Origin: Amphiscolops sp. MND2022
Taxonomy: Eukaryota
Direction: 5' to 3'
NCBI GenBank assembly: GCA_964187785.1
Contig: OZ076409.1
Coordinates: 41,728,001 to 41,792,000 of the forward strand
DNA: 64,000 nucleotides
Below the pieces are notes generated by a model. The model was not told the DNA's origin. It searched no databases and saw nothing but the letters and a program-made list of their open reading frames with translations. The position numbers and the translations under genes were made by a program. Below are positions 51,405 to 63,600 of the stretch, one piece after another. How positions within the stretch are numbered: the stretch's first letter is position 1; each line of letters starts with the position of its first letter.

Positions 51405-52150
51405 TGTAACGATAAGCGCTGGCGCTTGAACCGCAACTTAGAGTGGAGGAACTAGAACAGCGAATATAATCTGGGACTTAGATCTCCGCGGCCCTAGCTC
51501 ATTTTCCCTCCGTAGGAGCTAGTCCCGAGGTGGGGGAACCGTTTTGTAAGAAACTATCTGGCCTGGTCCCAGTCTGTAACTGCTAAAAGTAACAGGCATC
51601 TTGCTTAACTCAAGACAACTGCTCAACTAGCCTTTAAAAAGGGGGCTGAAAACAAGAGAAGGTTGAGCCATACTATTGGAGAATCTGATAAAATCGATAT
51701 AGCCAAATTAGGTAAATACAGATGTCAAAGGGCAGCTCTCGAGCATATCAATCTACTACAAAGAAAAACACCATAAAATCAACAGTTTGAGTCATTTTAA
51801 AGGAAATTGACCTCGGCTTCCAGCGCTAACGCTCGTCACCACACAGGACACCGCAAGGATATTCAGGCACGCATCCGGAACACTGGTTTCTGCTACTATG
51901 ATAGTGTTAATCTCCCGGGGATGGGCACAATACCGTGTTCTATAGACGGAATAGACGTCTTTTCGGTCGTCTCTTGCGTTCGTTTTTCGCGGGCGGCGAT
52001 TTCTGCTCTTCTGGTTTGCTTTTCTGGCAGGTCTTTCACCTTGAGCATGTTTGAGTGCCACGTCAGATTTGAACGAATTTTTGACAAAATTTCTGAACAT
52101 GTCGAGTTACAAAATCGGTTGATATTGCTGTGCCAGAGCTTGCCGTTACA
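51405..52150 (-). repeat. 3' LTR (746 bp) of the large Gypsy element
   Basis: Terminal inverted repeat TGTAACG...CGTTACA; purine-rich AGAAGCCCGGGGAGTGA on the minus strand just inside (52151-52167); partner LTR not in window. Confidence 0.75.
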
Positions 52151-52939
52151 TCACTCCCCGGGCTTCTGGCTTGTCGTCCCTGGCAAGCGGCATCTGGGTT
52201 CGTCTGGAAACTGCGTCACAGTGACTGCTGGGAACCATCCTCCACACATCAGGGGACAAGGACGAGTCCTTGTTTTTCAGCAACAATTTTGGTCAAATTT
52301 CGCGGTTTTTTTCAAAGAAAATCTTACTGCCTAGTTATTTTTTACAAAAACGCGAACGAGGTTTTAGCACCAGCTCGAGAGCTAAGATTTTCAGCCGGTT
52401 AAAACTCGTTTGGGCAAGTAGTTTTCGCTAAAAATTCTTTTGCGACCAAGGTCAGCTAAAATTTCTTTTTCATGCAACTTGACATTCGCAGTTTTCAGTC
52501 AATTTCGGGTAACATAAAACTTCTTTTAGGAGCGCGCAAGTTTGCCTACGCACCAGACAGACAATTGAGGATGATTGAACAAACAAAAGGCAAGGAAAAA
52601 CCGCAAAAAAATGTAACTAAAAGGCTAAAACTTCGTTTTAACTTTGGCAACTCAAAAACACCGCGAACGGTGCGCAACGAAAAAAGCAGTTTTTCTTTGG
52701 TAATATTCTCTTTTTCAACTTTTTAGTCTATGCAGCTGGGGCAGGCGCACTCTACTGGCCGTACACCCAGCGCGACACCAACAACACATTAACTAAATAA
52801 TAGCTACAAACAAAAATTGCACCTTGTACGGGTAGCACCGGTTAAAGCTATGAGTTTGAAGGCACTGTTTTGGTTCAAATTCAGAGTCTATAGGAAGCGC
52901 GAACGCTCCCATTGGCGGCAGGGATAACTGAGCCGAGCT

Positions 52940-55900
52940 TCATCGAGCTCGATCTTTAGTGGCCTCGTCGGAAACCTCTACATTTCCAGCATCTTCCAAT
53001 GCGATTGATGCTCTGCGTTGAGCTGGAACCACAGTGACTACTGTCTCTGAGTCTGAGATATCTTCAGGGAGCGCTAAGTCCGCGATTGGCTGCACCAGGA
53101 CAGTGTTTGGGGTCAGTTCAGCGTCATGCTCTCCGGTTTGTGGCTGGGATGATTGAGGACTGGCTTGTGACGATGATGGACTGATGGGTTCCGGCCTCAA
53201 GACATGAATCGGTAGGTAAAGGGTTATGGGCCGGGGGGCTGGTTGACTTAGAGACATAGCCATCGTCGGCGCGAGCATGGTAGGCGCGAACGCCTGTTGT
53301 CTGGCAACCTCTGCTCTACTCTCCACGGCCAATGATACTCGCTTGGAAATCCAGCCTGGTTGATTCCAGAGATAGCAAGCTCGTTTCCATTTCGGGAAAC
53401 TGGTGATCTCCATCTCCAAACAATGTCCCTCCCACTCTGCGCGGGCTTCGGGTCCTAGCACGGAATTATTCTCATCGTGCAGCACGATTGACATATCTCC
53501 GGACATTGTCATCTTCCCTTGTGGTCTCCATACGGATTTTCGGGGAAACGGAGTGATGCGGCACCGAAGGTTTCTTTGTCTAATTTGGGCAGCTCCTTCT
53601 ATCCAACCCGGGATTTGCGCCAGTTCCAAATGTTGGATTTGTCGATTGAGGGTCTCTGGGGTGCGACCAACGGGCTTCGGTCTGGGCCAACCCAGTGGTT
53701 CCTTCCAGTAATAGTTTGGAAAAGTAATGCATTTGAAGGTGTAGAGAGGATCTATGGGTGGACCAGCACTAGTGCTGGCACGGATCACCTTGCGTATAAA
53801 CTCTTGAGTCCACGGAAATCTGAAGGGGACTCCGTTCAGACTGCGGGGAGCTGAGTACCAATTGACTGGGCCATATTCTCGCGGCAGAGGGCATGCTTTT
53901 CGCGTGCGAGCACGCAGTAGACCCATCAAATTCTCCTCCAGCTGTTTCTCGGACTTTAAAGTAGGGTATCCATGCAGCATCTCTCCACTCAATACGGCTT
54001 GTATCACGCGCTGGTAGGCCAGTGAAGGGCATCCTTGAAGATAGGTGCAGAAGGATACCATATGCACCTGCACTGCTCTCGCGAGAGGTATAGTCGGGTA
54101 CCTGCACACGCCTACTGCGCCGAAGATTGGGGCCAAAACAGGAATCATGGTGGCCACAAAGTCCTCCACTTCGGCCAACGTTAAGTCAGCGAGTTGCTGA
54201 GGCATGGGAAACCCGGTCATCTCCCAGGGGATCTGTCGTTCTGCATTATGTAGGGGTTGCGACTTGTCCACGTCTACAAATAGGCCAGAGGCGAACACCA
54301 GGGTTGAGTACAACCAATGTTGGATTGACGCACGCATGCGTTCCAATTGAGCGGCGTAGTTTTGCTGGTCCTTAGAATTCATAAGGTGGCCCCAGCGGAT
54401 TAGGCTGCGTAGTTGTCTTTGCGCCAGGATCAGATAGCTGTAGAAGGTGATCAGGTCTCCCGATATCACAACGTCTACTAGCATGGCTAGAGGGCCAGCC
54501 ACAAACTTCGTCGGGCCCATTGTTAGCGCGAGCTTCCACTTCGTCTTTCAGATTGGTTGCTTCAGCGGCCACGATGTGTCTAAGGCACACGGGCAGCTTA
54601 ACGGGTTCGATTCCCGTAGCGAAGCTGATCTGCGGAATTGTTCTTTCGACTGTGCGTGCAGCAGGCCACGTTCCAATCTGTTTCGTTAACTCAGCCAATT
54701 CGGCACGCACTGGAACTTCTTTGTCCTTGCGCACCAGCCAGTTATGGCGACGGACAGCTTCTCGTTCCGTTACGTTGGATTCCCGCATGACGCGATTGCC
54801 ATCCAAGTCGAAGGCCATTCTTCGCATATACATTCCATGGTCGAAGAGCACAGCGTCATCGATAGTCAATTGTGTGTTCCCCGAACGCTCTACAGCGATC
54901 AACACTCGGGATATCGCAGCGAAGAAGGCTGGGTATGACAGCACGTCAGGGCGCAAGTCTCCATGATTAACCCGAAGGTTCGGTGCACAGATAGCAAAGT
55001 CAATCCTGCGTGCCTTGCACACTTCCAACCGGATATAAACGAATTGTTGCAAACTTTGCTGGCAGTACATGAATCCTGGCGGAGACACGAAGAGCGCCAA
55101 CGCTCCCAGGCGACCCCGAAGGATCCCTGCGGCACGCTTCATTGCATCCGTCACAGAGTTGACTAATGTTGCGACGTTCCCATGTCGGCGGGTGTCAGCC
55201 ATGATGGTATCCAGGTCGCGCAACAACCCTTCGCACACCATGTGGTCTAGTAGATTAGCAAAGATCACTCTATGTGGGGTGGTTCTTTCAGTGATCCTCT
55301 CAGGTTCGGTCATACATTACCCCAACCATTTCAGCAACTTCGGCGAAGCGGGACAGAGGCATTGTCAAGACTAGCACGTCGGGCATTAGATTGTCAATGG
55401 GTAGTGTCAATTTGCAAGTGGAATCCACTGCCACACAGTAGCGCGCACGCTGCAAAGCTGCTTTCAACAAGGGCTTCATGGAAACGATGTTGCGGGCGTA
55501 GCGGGCATTCGCTTCCCAAGTTTCACCATCTCGCAATATGTACCGCGCGGGGAACTGCTCGGTGATATTATGCTGCAGGGGCGCCATGTAGTTGTTAGGT
55601 GTCATAGGCAGTTGCTCTCGAGCACGCTGTTCCCAGGCTTGTTCGGACATATCTGCATCACGGGGACGCAGCACTCGTGTAATCTGCGCGGCGATGGTTA
55701 CTCTATTCACCTCTTTCTGGTCAGCTTCTGTGGGGGGCGTTCTCCTTCTGACCGCACACATATTCGGGTGTAGGCGTTCAGCGGCCATCCAAATTCGCTT
55801 GCTGTCGCTGGTCATCACAGAGCCAGACACATCGTCAGATGGGGGAAGGAAAGCAGGGGGGCTAGCCTCCTCGATTGCCTCAGGCACTTCCAGAGACATA

Positions 55901-57007
55901 TCAGCTGAACCCGTGCCCGAGGGCACAGAGCTCATTTCAGGGCCTGCATCTGAGTCGCCGTATTGTTCAATGGCTTCTTGCATGGTCATTTGGGGGCGCA
56001 CCTCGGCCCAGGTGTCCAACAAGATATGGGGGCCTGACTATGACCACGCTCTTCATCTGAGGTTGCTGCGGCACATCGGCGCGCTTGTCCGGAGGGGGAC
56101 GACTGGTTGGGCTCTCTGTCACTGAGTCAGTGCGGGCAGCGGCGGTACTCCCTCCCGTCACTCGCTTTCGTCCAGCTTCTTCACGTTGGCCGTTCGCAGT
56201 GCTGCCACTTGGAACAGCTGTAGTGCTACTGCTGGGTCCCGCTATGGTCTCGGTGTCCATAGATGCTGTTTCGGCTAAAGTGGTGGGAGTCTCACAGCCC
56301 GAGGGCTGAGCGGCGGCTTGCAAATATCCAGCCAACCCTGGAATCCTTTGTTCAACTGCCCGAATGATATCAGAGGAATTGGGATAGTTTGCCACTGCTT
56401 GCAAGGCCACTATCACTGCTTGTTCACCAGTGCTTCGCCCAATAAGATTCAGGTTCGGCACAGGTGGCAACCGAGGCCCCGAGGGCTCCCGATCAGAGAC
56501 TGTTTGATTAATTGGAGTTTGCGATGTCATCTGTTGGGCTCCATATGGTGCTCCGAAAGCAGATGAGCCAGAATAAGCTGGCGTCATCGGCACTGGGTTT
56601 GGTGCTGAAATTGGCGGCAACGACGGAATGTTGGCAGGCATCATTCGTAGTGAGGCCTCTTGCTCAAATCTGCTGCCTTGGCTCGGGCCATACACTGCGG
56701 TAGACCGCTCGTCTAGGAATTGATGGGTCAAGTCGTAGCCATCCCAGGCATTATTGGTGCAAGTTAAGGCGCGGCGGTAGCCAGCTACCTCAGTTACAAT
56801 TGAGAGCGATACGCCTGGCAGCGTTTGCATTGTGTCAAGCTGGGTGAGCAGCGCTGCTACACCAGCGATGGCCACTGGCGGAAGGCCATTCCGCAGTCTC
56901 TCCTCTACATACTGGGCCTGGTTGACCCTCTGGGCTCGCGCAGATTCCTGAGGCCTTGCACTATTAGGCCCAGTTGCAGGCACGGAGATGCTGGGGCAGT
57001 AGGCCAT
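52940..57007 (-). pseudogene. Extra ORF of the Gypsy element (~1350 codons, three frameshifts), contains an SGNH-like segment
   Basis: Four overlapping same-strand ORFs (55967-57007, 55300-56022, 54372-55313, 52940-54520) tile the span from ATG 57007 to TGA 52940. Confidence 0.75.
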
Positions 57008-57287
57008 TAACTTATAGGTCTAAAAAGGACGACTGTTAGGCTTACGCGGTGAGTTTTGGTGGGAGCTTAAGGCTCGTCACCCAATTACAGTATTGCAATA
57101 TTGGCTCCATAAGGGAACCTCAACAACTTAAATCTAACTCTAACTAAACTAAAACGAAAACATTTAGGGAAGTAACATAACAAGTTGATACTTCGGCGGC
57201 AAGAGCGTTCAAGACTCTTCCACGGGTACTACAAATGAATAAGTGTGAAAGGGGGATAGGGACTACTGGGATGATAAGGCGATAAGG

Positions 57288-58690
57288 CTACTCCAGCCCT
57301 ATACTCAGTATTGACACATATACGCGGCTGTGTAAATCCACATGAATACCAGTACCCTCGAACAGGTTCGCTAGGGCATGGTACAAATTGACCAACGAGA
57401 AGGTAGGTCTCTCGGGGTCCAGAATGGGCAAGTGGACACGTGCGGATCCCTTGTCCATTAAGCGCTGTATCAGGTGTGTCATGCAGCGCAGATAGTCATC
57501 AGTCAGCAGCGGCGCACGCTGGTTCGCTCGGATTATCAATAGATGAACATTCTGGTTGGGATTTGGATTAATGTCAGGGGGGATAGTGAGTATCTCACCC
57601 ACCTTAGGCCGTAAGGAAAATACGCTTTCCATGCCACATTCTCGCAGCACGTATCGCAAGGCGGCGGAGTTAGTTTTGAGGTCAGCAGGGCATGCTAACA
57701 CTATATCTCCTTCTGCTTGTAAAAAGTCTGTTTCGTCGTACGAGACATGTTCGGCTGAGTTTGGATAGAGGGCTCCCGGGTAAACAATTTCTCGTCCGGG
57801 TCCGTTATCGGAAGGTAGGCACACACGAGGCGTGCGTCCTTGAATTGCAGCCAGGTCTTGCCATACCGAACGGGGCATCGCTTGATTGTCGCTGCTAGCC
57901 TTGACCCACGTGTCCAGAGTCCCCAGAGCGGCTTTTGGGAACAGAGGGACCTCGAATGTGTGAGTCCACTCATCTAGCAGTCGAATTCTGGGATAGGTGG
58001 TGAAGCAGGTGATGATCAGTTCCAACCACCATGCAAATTTCATCTTACCCCGATACCAGTCTATGATATGAAAGCAAAGTATCAAGTCCGTAGTGGTAAG
58101 GGTCCTTAGACTCTCTAAACAGGACAGCAGGTGTAGCGGTTCCACAATTGCCTCCACTCGTGGAGCAGTAACCAGCAACCACCAATGAGGAGCAGGACTA
58201 TATACTCCACCCGGTTCCACTTGAACTCCATACTTGTCGCACAACAAATCAGCAGTGATACATCGCGCCATTTGCACGGGTTCCCTTTCAAAATTGAATG
58301 GTCCGAATGCAATGTTGTTGGGCACAGGGTGCATCACGGTGGGCAAAGTGAACTCCAGGCCCTTTCCATCACTTGTCCACTCCTTAAACCGAGGGCAAGG
58401 AGCCTTCGCTACTCCAGGTGATGATAGCTTCTCAAGGATAGTGTCCACTGGGTGATCTGCGGATCGCTCTACCGCGGAGTAGGTTTTCTCGGCCCGCACT
58501 GTAAGGCGGTACACTAGTTTTTCTCCCTCTTCCGGAGGAACTCCCCGGGCTCCAGTGGGAACCCTCCGGTTCTCATCAACAGCCAACAAGCAGACACAGT
58601 CTCGCAGCCCGCAAGTTCCACATTTGTAGCGCGACAGCCGTTTACTCCTCAGGTAATACCTTGGAGCTTCGGATGCTTCTGCAGATTTTA
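57288..58690 (-). CDS. Post-integrase Pol extension with a Cys cluster and a C-terminal macrodomain-like region
   Basis: The frame of the 433-aa ORF is open upstream through 58690 (YKCGTCGLRDCVC) and overlaps the integrase stop; the C-terminal ~145 aa align by eye with OARD1/TARG1. Confidence 0.7.
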
Positions 58691-60697
58691 AGTTTTCGGT
58701 CTCGGTTGGATTGCTGTTTCGGCTGAGACCTCGGTTTCATCGTTCGTTGGTGTTTCTTTCTTCCTCGTTCTTGCCTTTGCTTGAACTAGCCGTTTCTTCT
58801 GCTCCTTGGGTGGTCTCCCCCTCCCCCGTTTAAAAGAAGGAGCGGTCCCCGCTCCGGGCCAAGCTGAGGGAATATCAGGCACTTTGGGCTGAATGTCACT
58901 TTCATCGCTGGCAGACTTCAGAGGAATAGGAGGAACGGTCGGCCAGATAGGATAGTTGCTAAGGAAGTTGGTAAACGAGGGGTTCGTTATTAGAGATGCC
59001 GACGTTCCCGGCAACGACGAATCCTTATCGGAGGAAGATATTTGTGGAGACGGTGAGCGCACGCGCTCATGGTCAGAGAATAGTTGAGGTAGAATACGAG
59101 CGGGTGATATCGATTGATCTGAAGCAGCCGGAGGAGCCTCAGGCTCCACATGATCCGCATCAATAGGATTCGGAGGCACCGGCAACATGACATCAGATAA
59201 TTCGTCATCAGTACCCGAGGTGGAATAGTCGAATTGCTGATAATGCATACGCGAGCCTCCTGCGCGTAGCTTTGTACGCAATCGAGTGTCCATCCAGTGA
59301 CGTCTGCGTGAGGGTAACGACACATCGGACGCTTCTGAAAGCAGTTGTTCGGACTTATACGAGGGAAGCGATTTGTCGTCATCAACCACGTCGACGGAAC
59401 GTTCAGGTTCGGGGTCCATGAGTACTACTACGTCACCGCTGTCCACGTGTGCAGCAGCAAGTTCAAGCGGGCCACTGTTGTGTGGTTTGAGGCGCTCGAA
59501 ATGAACCTTTTGGCCCGTGTCCAGAACGTAGACACGACCGTCCTGGAAGACTTGGACAATCTTGTGAGGGCCACGCCAAGCGCGCTTCAGCTTGGGGGAT
59601 CCTATTTGTGGTACGTAACGGCAAAAAACCCAGACAAGCTCTCCTGGCTGGTAAGCTCGCGCTTGTATTGCACGATCGTATTTGAGTTTTTGACGTAGCT
59701 GGGCTTGGTGCGTGTTACGTCGCACCAAGTCATGAATTTCTTGTTGGCGAGCCAACAGGTGATCGACGTACGCTTCATGCGTTTCAAATGACTTGGCCGC
59801 AAACTCGGGATACAGAAACGTGAGAGGAATGGCTTTTTCCACACGCCGAGTTAACATGTAGTGTGAGAAGCCAGTGGTGGCATGCCTCGTAGAATTATAG
59901 GCACCCATGACTTCGTCAAGACATTGGTCCCAGTCGCGCATGCGGCGGGAGCAAAAGACTCGTAGTAGGGATAACAGTGTTCGGTTTTGGCGTTCCACCA
60001 AGCCTTGAGTCCTTGGATGTCCTGCAGTGGAAGTCACCTTCGTGACGTGGGCTGCTTTCAAGAATTCATTGGATACTTCGGCAGTTAAGTTCGGAGCATT
60101 ATCTGATTGCATTCGAGTGGGTGTGCCATGACGGGCAAACCATTTTTGCAGCAGCAATTGAGATGTGGTTACAGCGTCATAGTCGTGATGACTACAAGGG
60201 ACTGCTTCTGCAAACTTAGAGAAATGGCCGATGATGACCAAGATGCCGGTGTTGTTGTTGTCTGAGGGGCAGATCTTCAAGTGGTCGTACTGGACCAATT
60301 CAATGAAGTACCCGCTCTGGAGGTTTTTCAGATGGAATCGGACGTCACCAGGTTTATCACGTACCTGTTGACAGGTGAGGCATTGGCCAACATAACGGCC
60401 CACACTGCGTCGAATGCCAGGCCATGTGTGGCGTTCTTGAATTCGGGCCACCACCTTGAAGATGCCTTGGTGTCCCATGGCGTCATGTGCGCGGAACAAG
60501 ATCTCGTGTTGATATAATTGAGGCATGATGATCATGCACGGGCGTTCGTGCAAAGGGCGTTGGTTGGGGGAATACCGTACGCAGAGAACATCATTTTTGT
60601 TGATGAACAGGAGATCCTTTTTCTGACGGTAATAGTTACGTGCGAACTCACGCACGTTCTCAGGAAAGATGTCGTGGTCGATGGATTTGCTCAGCAC
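58688..60697 (-). CDS. Gypsy integrase region
   Basis: HDAMGH...CLTC zinc finger; YDHL, SDNAP, GLVERQN; WRGPHKI; long S/P/D-rich tail with KRGRGRPPK. Confidence 0.93.
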   Translation of the reverse strand: MLSKSIDHDIFPENVREFARNYYRQKKDLLFINKNDVLCVRYSPNQRPLHERPCMIIMPQLYQHEILFRAHDAMGHQGIFKVVARIQERHTWPGIRRSVGRYVGQCLTCQQVRDKPGDVRFHLKNLQSGYFIELVQYDHLKICPSDNNNTGILVIIGHFSKFAEAVPCSHHDYDAVTTSQLLLQKWFARHGTPTRMQSDNAPNLTAEVSNEFLKAAHVTKVTSTAGHPRTQGLVERQNRTLLSLLRVFCSRRMRDWDQCLDEVMGAYNSTRHATTGFSHYMLTRRVEKAIPLTFLYPEFAAKSFETHEAYVDHLLARQQEIHDLVRRNTHQAQLRQKLKYDRAIQARAYQPGELVWVFCRYVPQIGSPKLKRAWRGPHKIVQVFQDGRVYVLDTGQKVHFERLKPHNSGPLELAAAHVDSGDVVVLMDPEPERSVDVVDDDKSLPSYKSEQLLSEASDVSLPSRRRHWMDTRLRTKLRAGGSRMHYQQFDYSTSGTDDELSDVMLPVPPNPIDADHVEPEAPPAASDQSISPARILPQLFSDHERVRSPSPQISSSDKDSSLPGTSASLITNPSFTNFLSNYPIWPTVPPIPLKSASDESDIQPKVPDIPSAWPGAGTAPSFKRGRGRPPKEQKKRLVQAKARTRKKETPTNDETEVSAETAIQPRPKT

Positions 60698-63600
60698 TAG
60701 TTTTTTTCAGTGCCAGCACATGCACATCACGGTTCTGGGCTAAGACTAGATCCTTGATTCCATGCACGGTGTGAGCATGTTCGTGAAGCTCGGTGTCGAT
60801 GTCTTTAAGGGCCATGATAGAGTCACGCACACCCGAAGGAGTACCTAGCAGTCTAGCTGCACTCGCTCCGGCAACTGAGTAGACAGTTTGTGAGGGTACA
60901 TTGACAGCATGCGTCGGTAACAAATAATCTTCACGGGCCTCGGCAGTGACATCGATCCAGTCTTCTGGATAGTCTGGATAGGATTCTTCATGCGGGTGTG
61001 GTGCGAGAGGTGGTAAGGGCGGGAAAGGCGCTGCTAACGCCCTTGCTTGTTTTTCTCGCCTGGTTGCTCGTTGAGTGCGGCGAATCACACGCAATACTGG
61101 GCTGGGAGCCTTAGGCTCCAAATTCTGCAGGTGCGCAGGAAGATCGGGATGATTTGGGATTATTCGACCTTGGAGGTCAAACCATGGGGAAACAGGGAGC
61201 TTGTCGAATCCGTCAGCTGAAAGGAAATTCCAACGCTTGCCCGCCGCTGGCTGCTGCGCAAGCTGTTTTTCTCGGCAACGATATTTATTGGTTCGTTTAC
61301 TCAAGCCATCGGCGTTGCGATGCTGAGTTCGTGGACGGTGTTCCACGCGAAGGTGATACTTCTCCAGGGTCATGATCCATCGGCCAATCAGTGCTTGATC
61401 TGTGGAATACGTCTTCAACCAGGATAAGGCTTGGTTATCCACTCTCAGGGTGAACTTTCGTGGACAGAGATAGCGATGGTTCTTCACAATGAAGTAGTAG
61501 GCTGCAAACATTTCCAGTTTGGGATCTCCATACTTGGCTTGTGTGGTCGTGAGCTTCTTGCTGCCATACACTATCAGTTTTAGGCGCCTTTCACTTGGAG
61601 GACCTTGCCATTGGTGCAGGATGCCAGAGATGGCAACAGCGCTGGCGTCAGTGTCCAGCACAAACTCTACTTCGGAATCGGGCTGCGCAAGCGCAGTCGC
61701 CTCGATCAACGCTTTCTTGATTTCGTTAAATGCTTTTTGTTGTTCGGAACCCCAGGTGAACGTGACGTTTAGTCCGGTGACTGCATGTAGGGGTGCGACT
61801 AACATGGCGTGCCAGGGAATAAATTCGCGATAGTAATTGGCAAACCCTAGGAAACTCTGCATTTCCGTTTTGTTGCGGGGGATTTCCCAGTCGCGTAATT
61901 TGGCAACGGCTTTCGGGTCTGGTTTTACGCCTTCTGCGGAGACAACACGTCCCAAATACTTGATCTCTGACTTCATGAAGTCGCATTTGGCTACGGGCAT
62001 TTTGAAGCCAGCTTCACGAAGGCACTCAAAGACTTCGCGTAAGCGTGCCATGTGGTCCTCTACGGTTTCGGTCGCAATCACAATGTCATCGATGTAGGCC
62101 ATTACCATGCTGCCTTCGCGGTAGACAATATTCCGTAGCGCGCGCGCTATCGCTCGCTGGAAAGTGGTTGAAGCATTACACATGCCGAACGGCATTCTCC
62201 GCCATTCAAAAAGCCCTAATTCGCAAGCAAAAGCAGTTTTGTGACGATCCGTCTTTCGTACAGGAATTTGCCAGAATGCCCAGGCAAGGTCTATGCTGGT
62301 GTAAATCTTGGCTTTGCCCAGCCGTGCCAGGCTTTCATCAATACGAGGCAAAGGATATGCATCTTTAATGGTCGCCTCGTTCAACGGGCGGAAGTCGCAG
62401 CAGGAGAGCAACTCCCCGTTTTTTTCCATTACAATGCCACTCGCCCAAGGGGACAGCGAGGGTCGTATCATCCCCAAGGCCAAGAGGTTCCGCACCTCTT
62501 GATTGACACGTTCAGCTTTTTCAGGGGACATCCTACGAGCACCTTTGCGATGCGGTACAGCCCCTGGCTCTACTTCTACGGTGTCTTTGGCGATAGTGCA
62601 CCGGCCGATGTCCGCCTTGTGCTTCATGAATAGATCATCGAACTCGTTAAGGATCTTACCGAGGGACTCGCAGGCGCTAGCGCCCCATAAATCCTTAACT
62701 TCCTGCAACTGAGATTCTGGCCCAGGAAACGGAGCCATTAGCTCTGGATCAGTACGCTTGCGAATTTCGCGCTCCGAAAGTCCTGTCTCACTAGGATCAG
62801 TTGAGGATAAAAACTCAAATTCTGAAGAAGAAGTCAACTCAGAAGCAGTGGATAGATTCATTTCACTGTACACTTTATAAACAAAATTTGCACGACCGTT
62901 GTCGGCGTTAGTTTCTTCACTGGTCGTTGTAGGAGAGCCCAGATTCTGAGGCACCGCCTGATACACTAACGACACGGGTACTACAGTGCCCAGTTGAACA
63001 CCACACCGTACACGCTGTGGGTTGCTGGAAAGGTTTATCAGACTCACGTACAATGTTCCTGTCTCACTGACAGTGGCCACGCTGTCCTCTAAAAAGACGA
63101 CATTGTGCAATGAAGTGTCAGACAATGAGGCGTTGAGTGCTACGCTTTGAAAGATCATTGGCTCTAGTGCATCGGTGACGAGCTTAGCTCTAGCCACCGC
63201 ACGTTCGAAAGGCTGTAGGACTAAGTCACAGTCCAAAACAACCGGGGTAACTAACGAAGCGTCACCTACCTGTGCATGTGCATGATGCCAGACAGGCTTC
63301 ACTGGTGCTCGCACCACGATCTTCATGGAGGTAAGGTCCACTAAGACCTGATAGGAGCGGAGGAAGTTCCGCCCTAGGAGGAAGTCCTCCACACCCATAG
63401 CGTCGTCCACCACGACAAAGTTTGTTTCAAGCTCGTATCCTCCCAACTGGAAGTGGATACGTTCCGCCAGGCCGTAAGTCTTTATTGTCTTCCCATTGGC
63501 GGCGTACAGGTCTACTTGGTACGGCTTCAGGACAGTACCGGTGCGTGCTGCCACTCTATTGAAAGCGGAAAACGTCAATATCGACACACCGGATCCAGTG

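Noticed and set aside
52940..57007. env gene
   Set aside because: No clear signal peptide, furin site plus fusion peptide, or C-terminal transmembrane anchor
60695..60710. Programmed -1 frameshift at A-AAA-AAC between RNase H and integrase
   Set aside because: Restoring the frame needs removal of one A (+1 shift); a homopolymer insertion or assembly error is more likely
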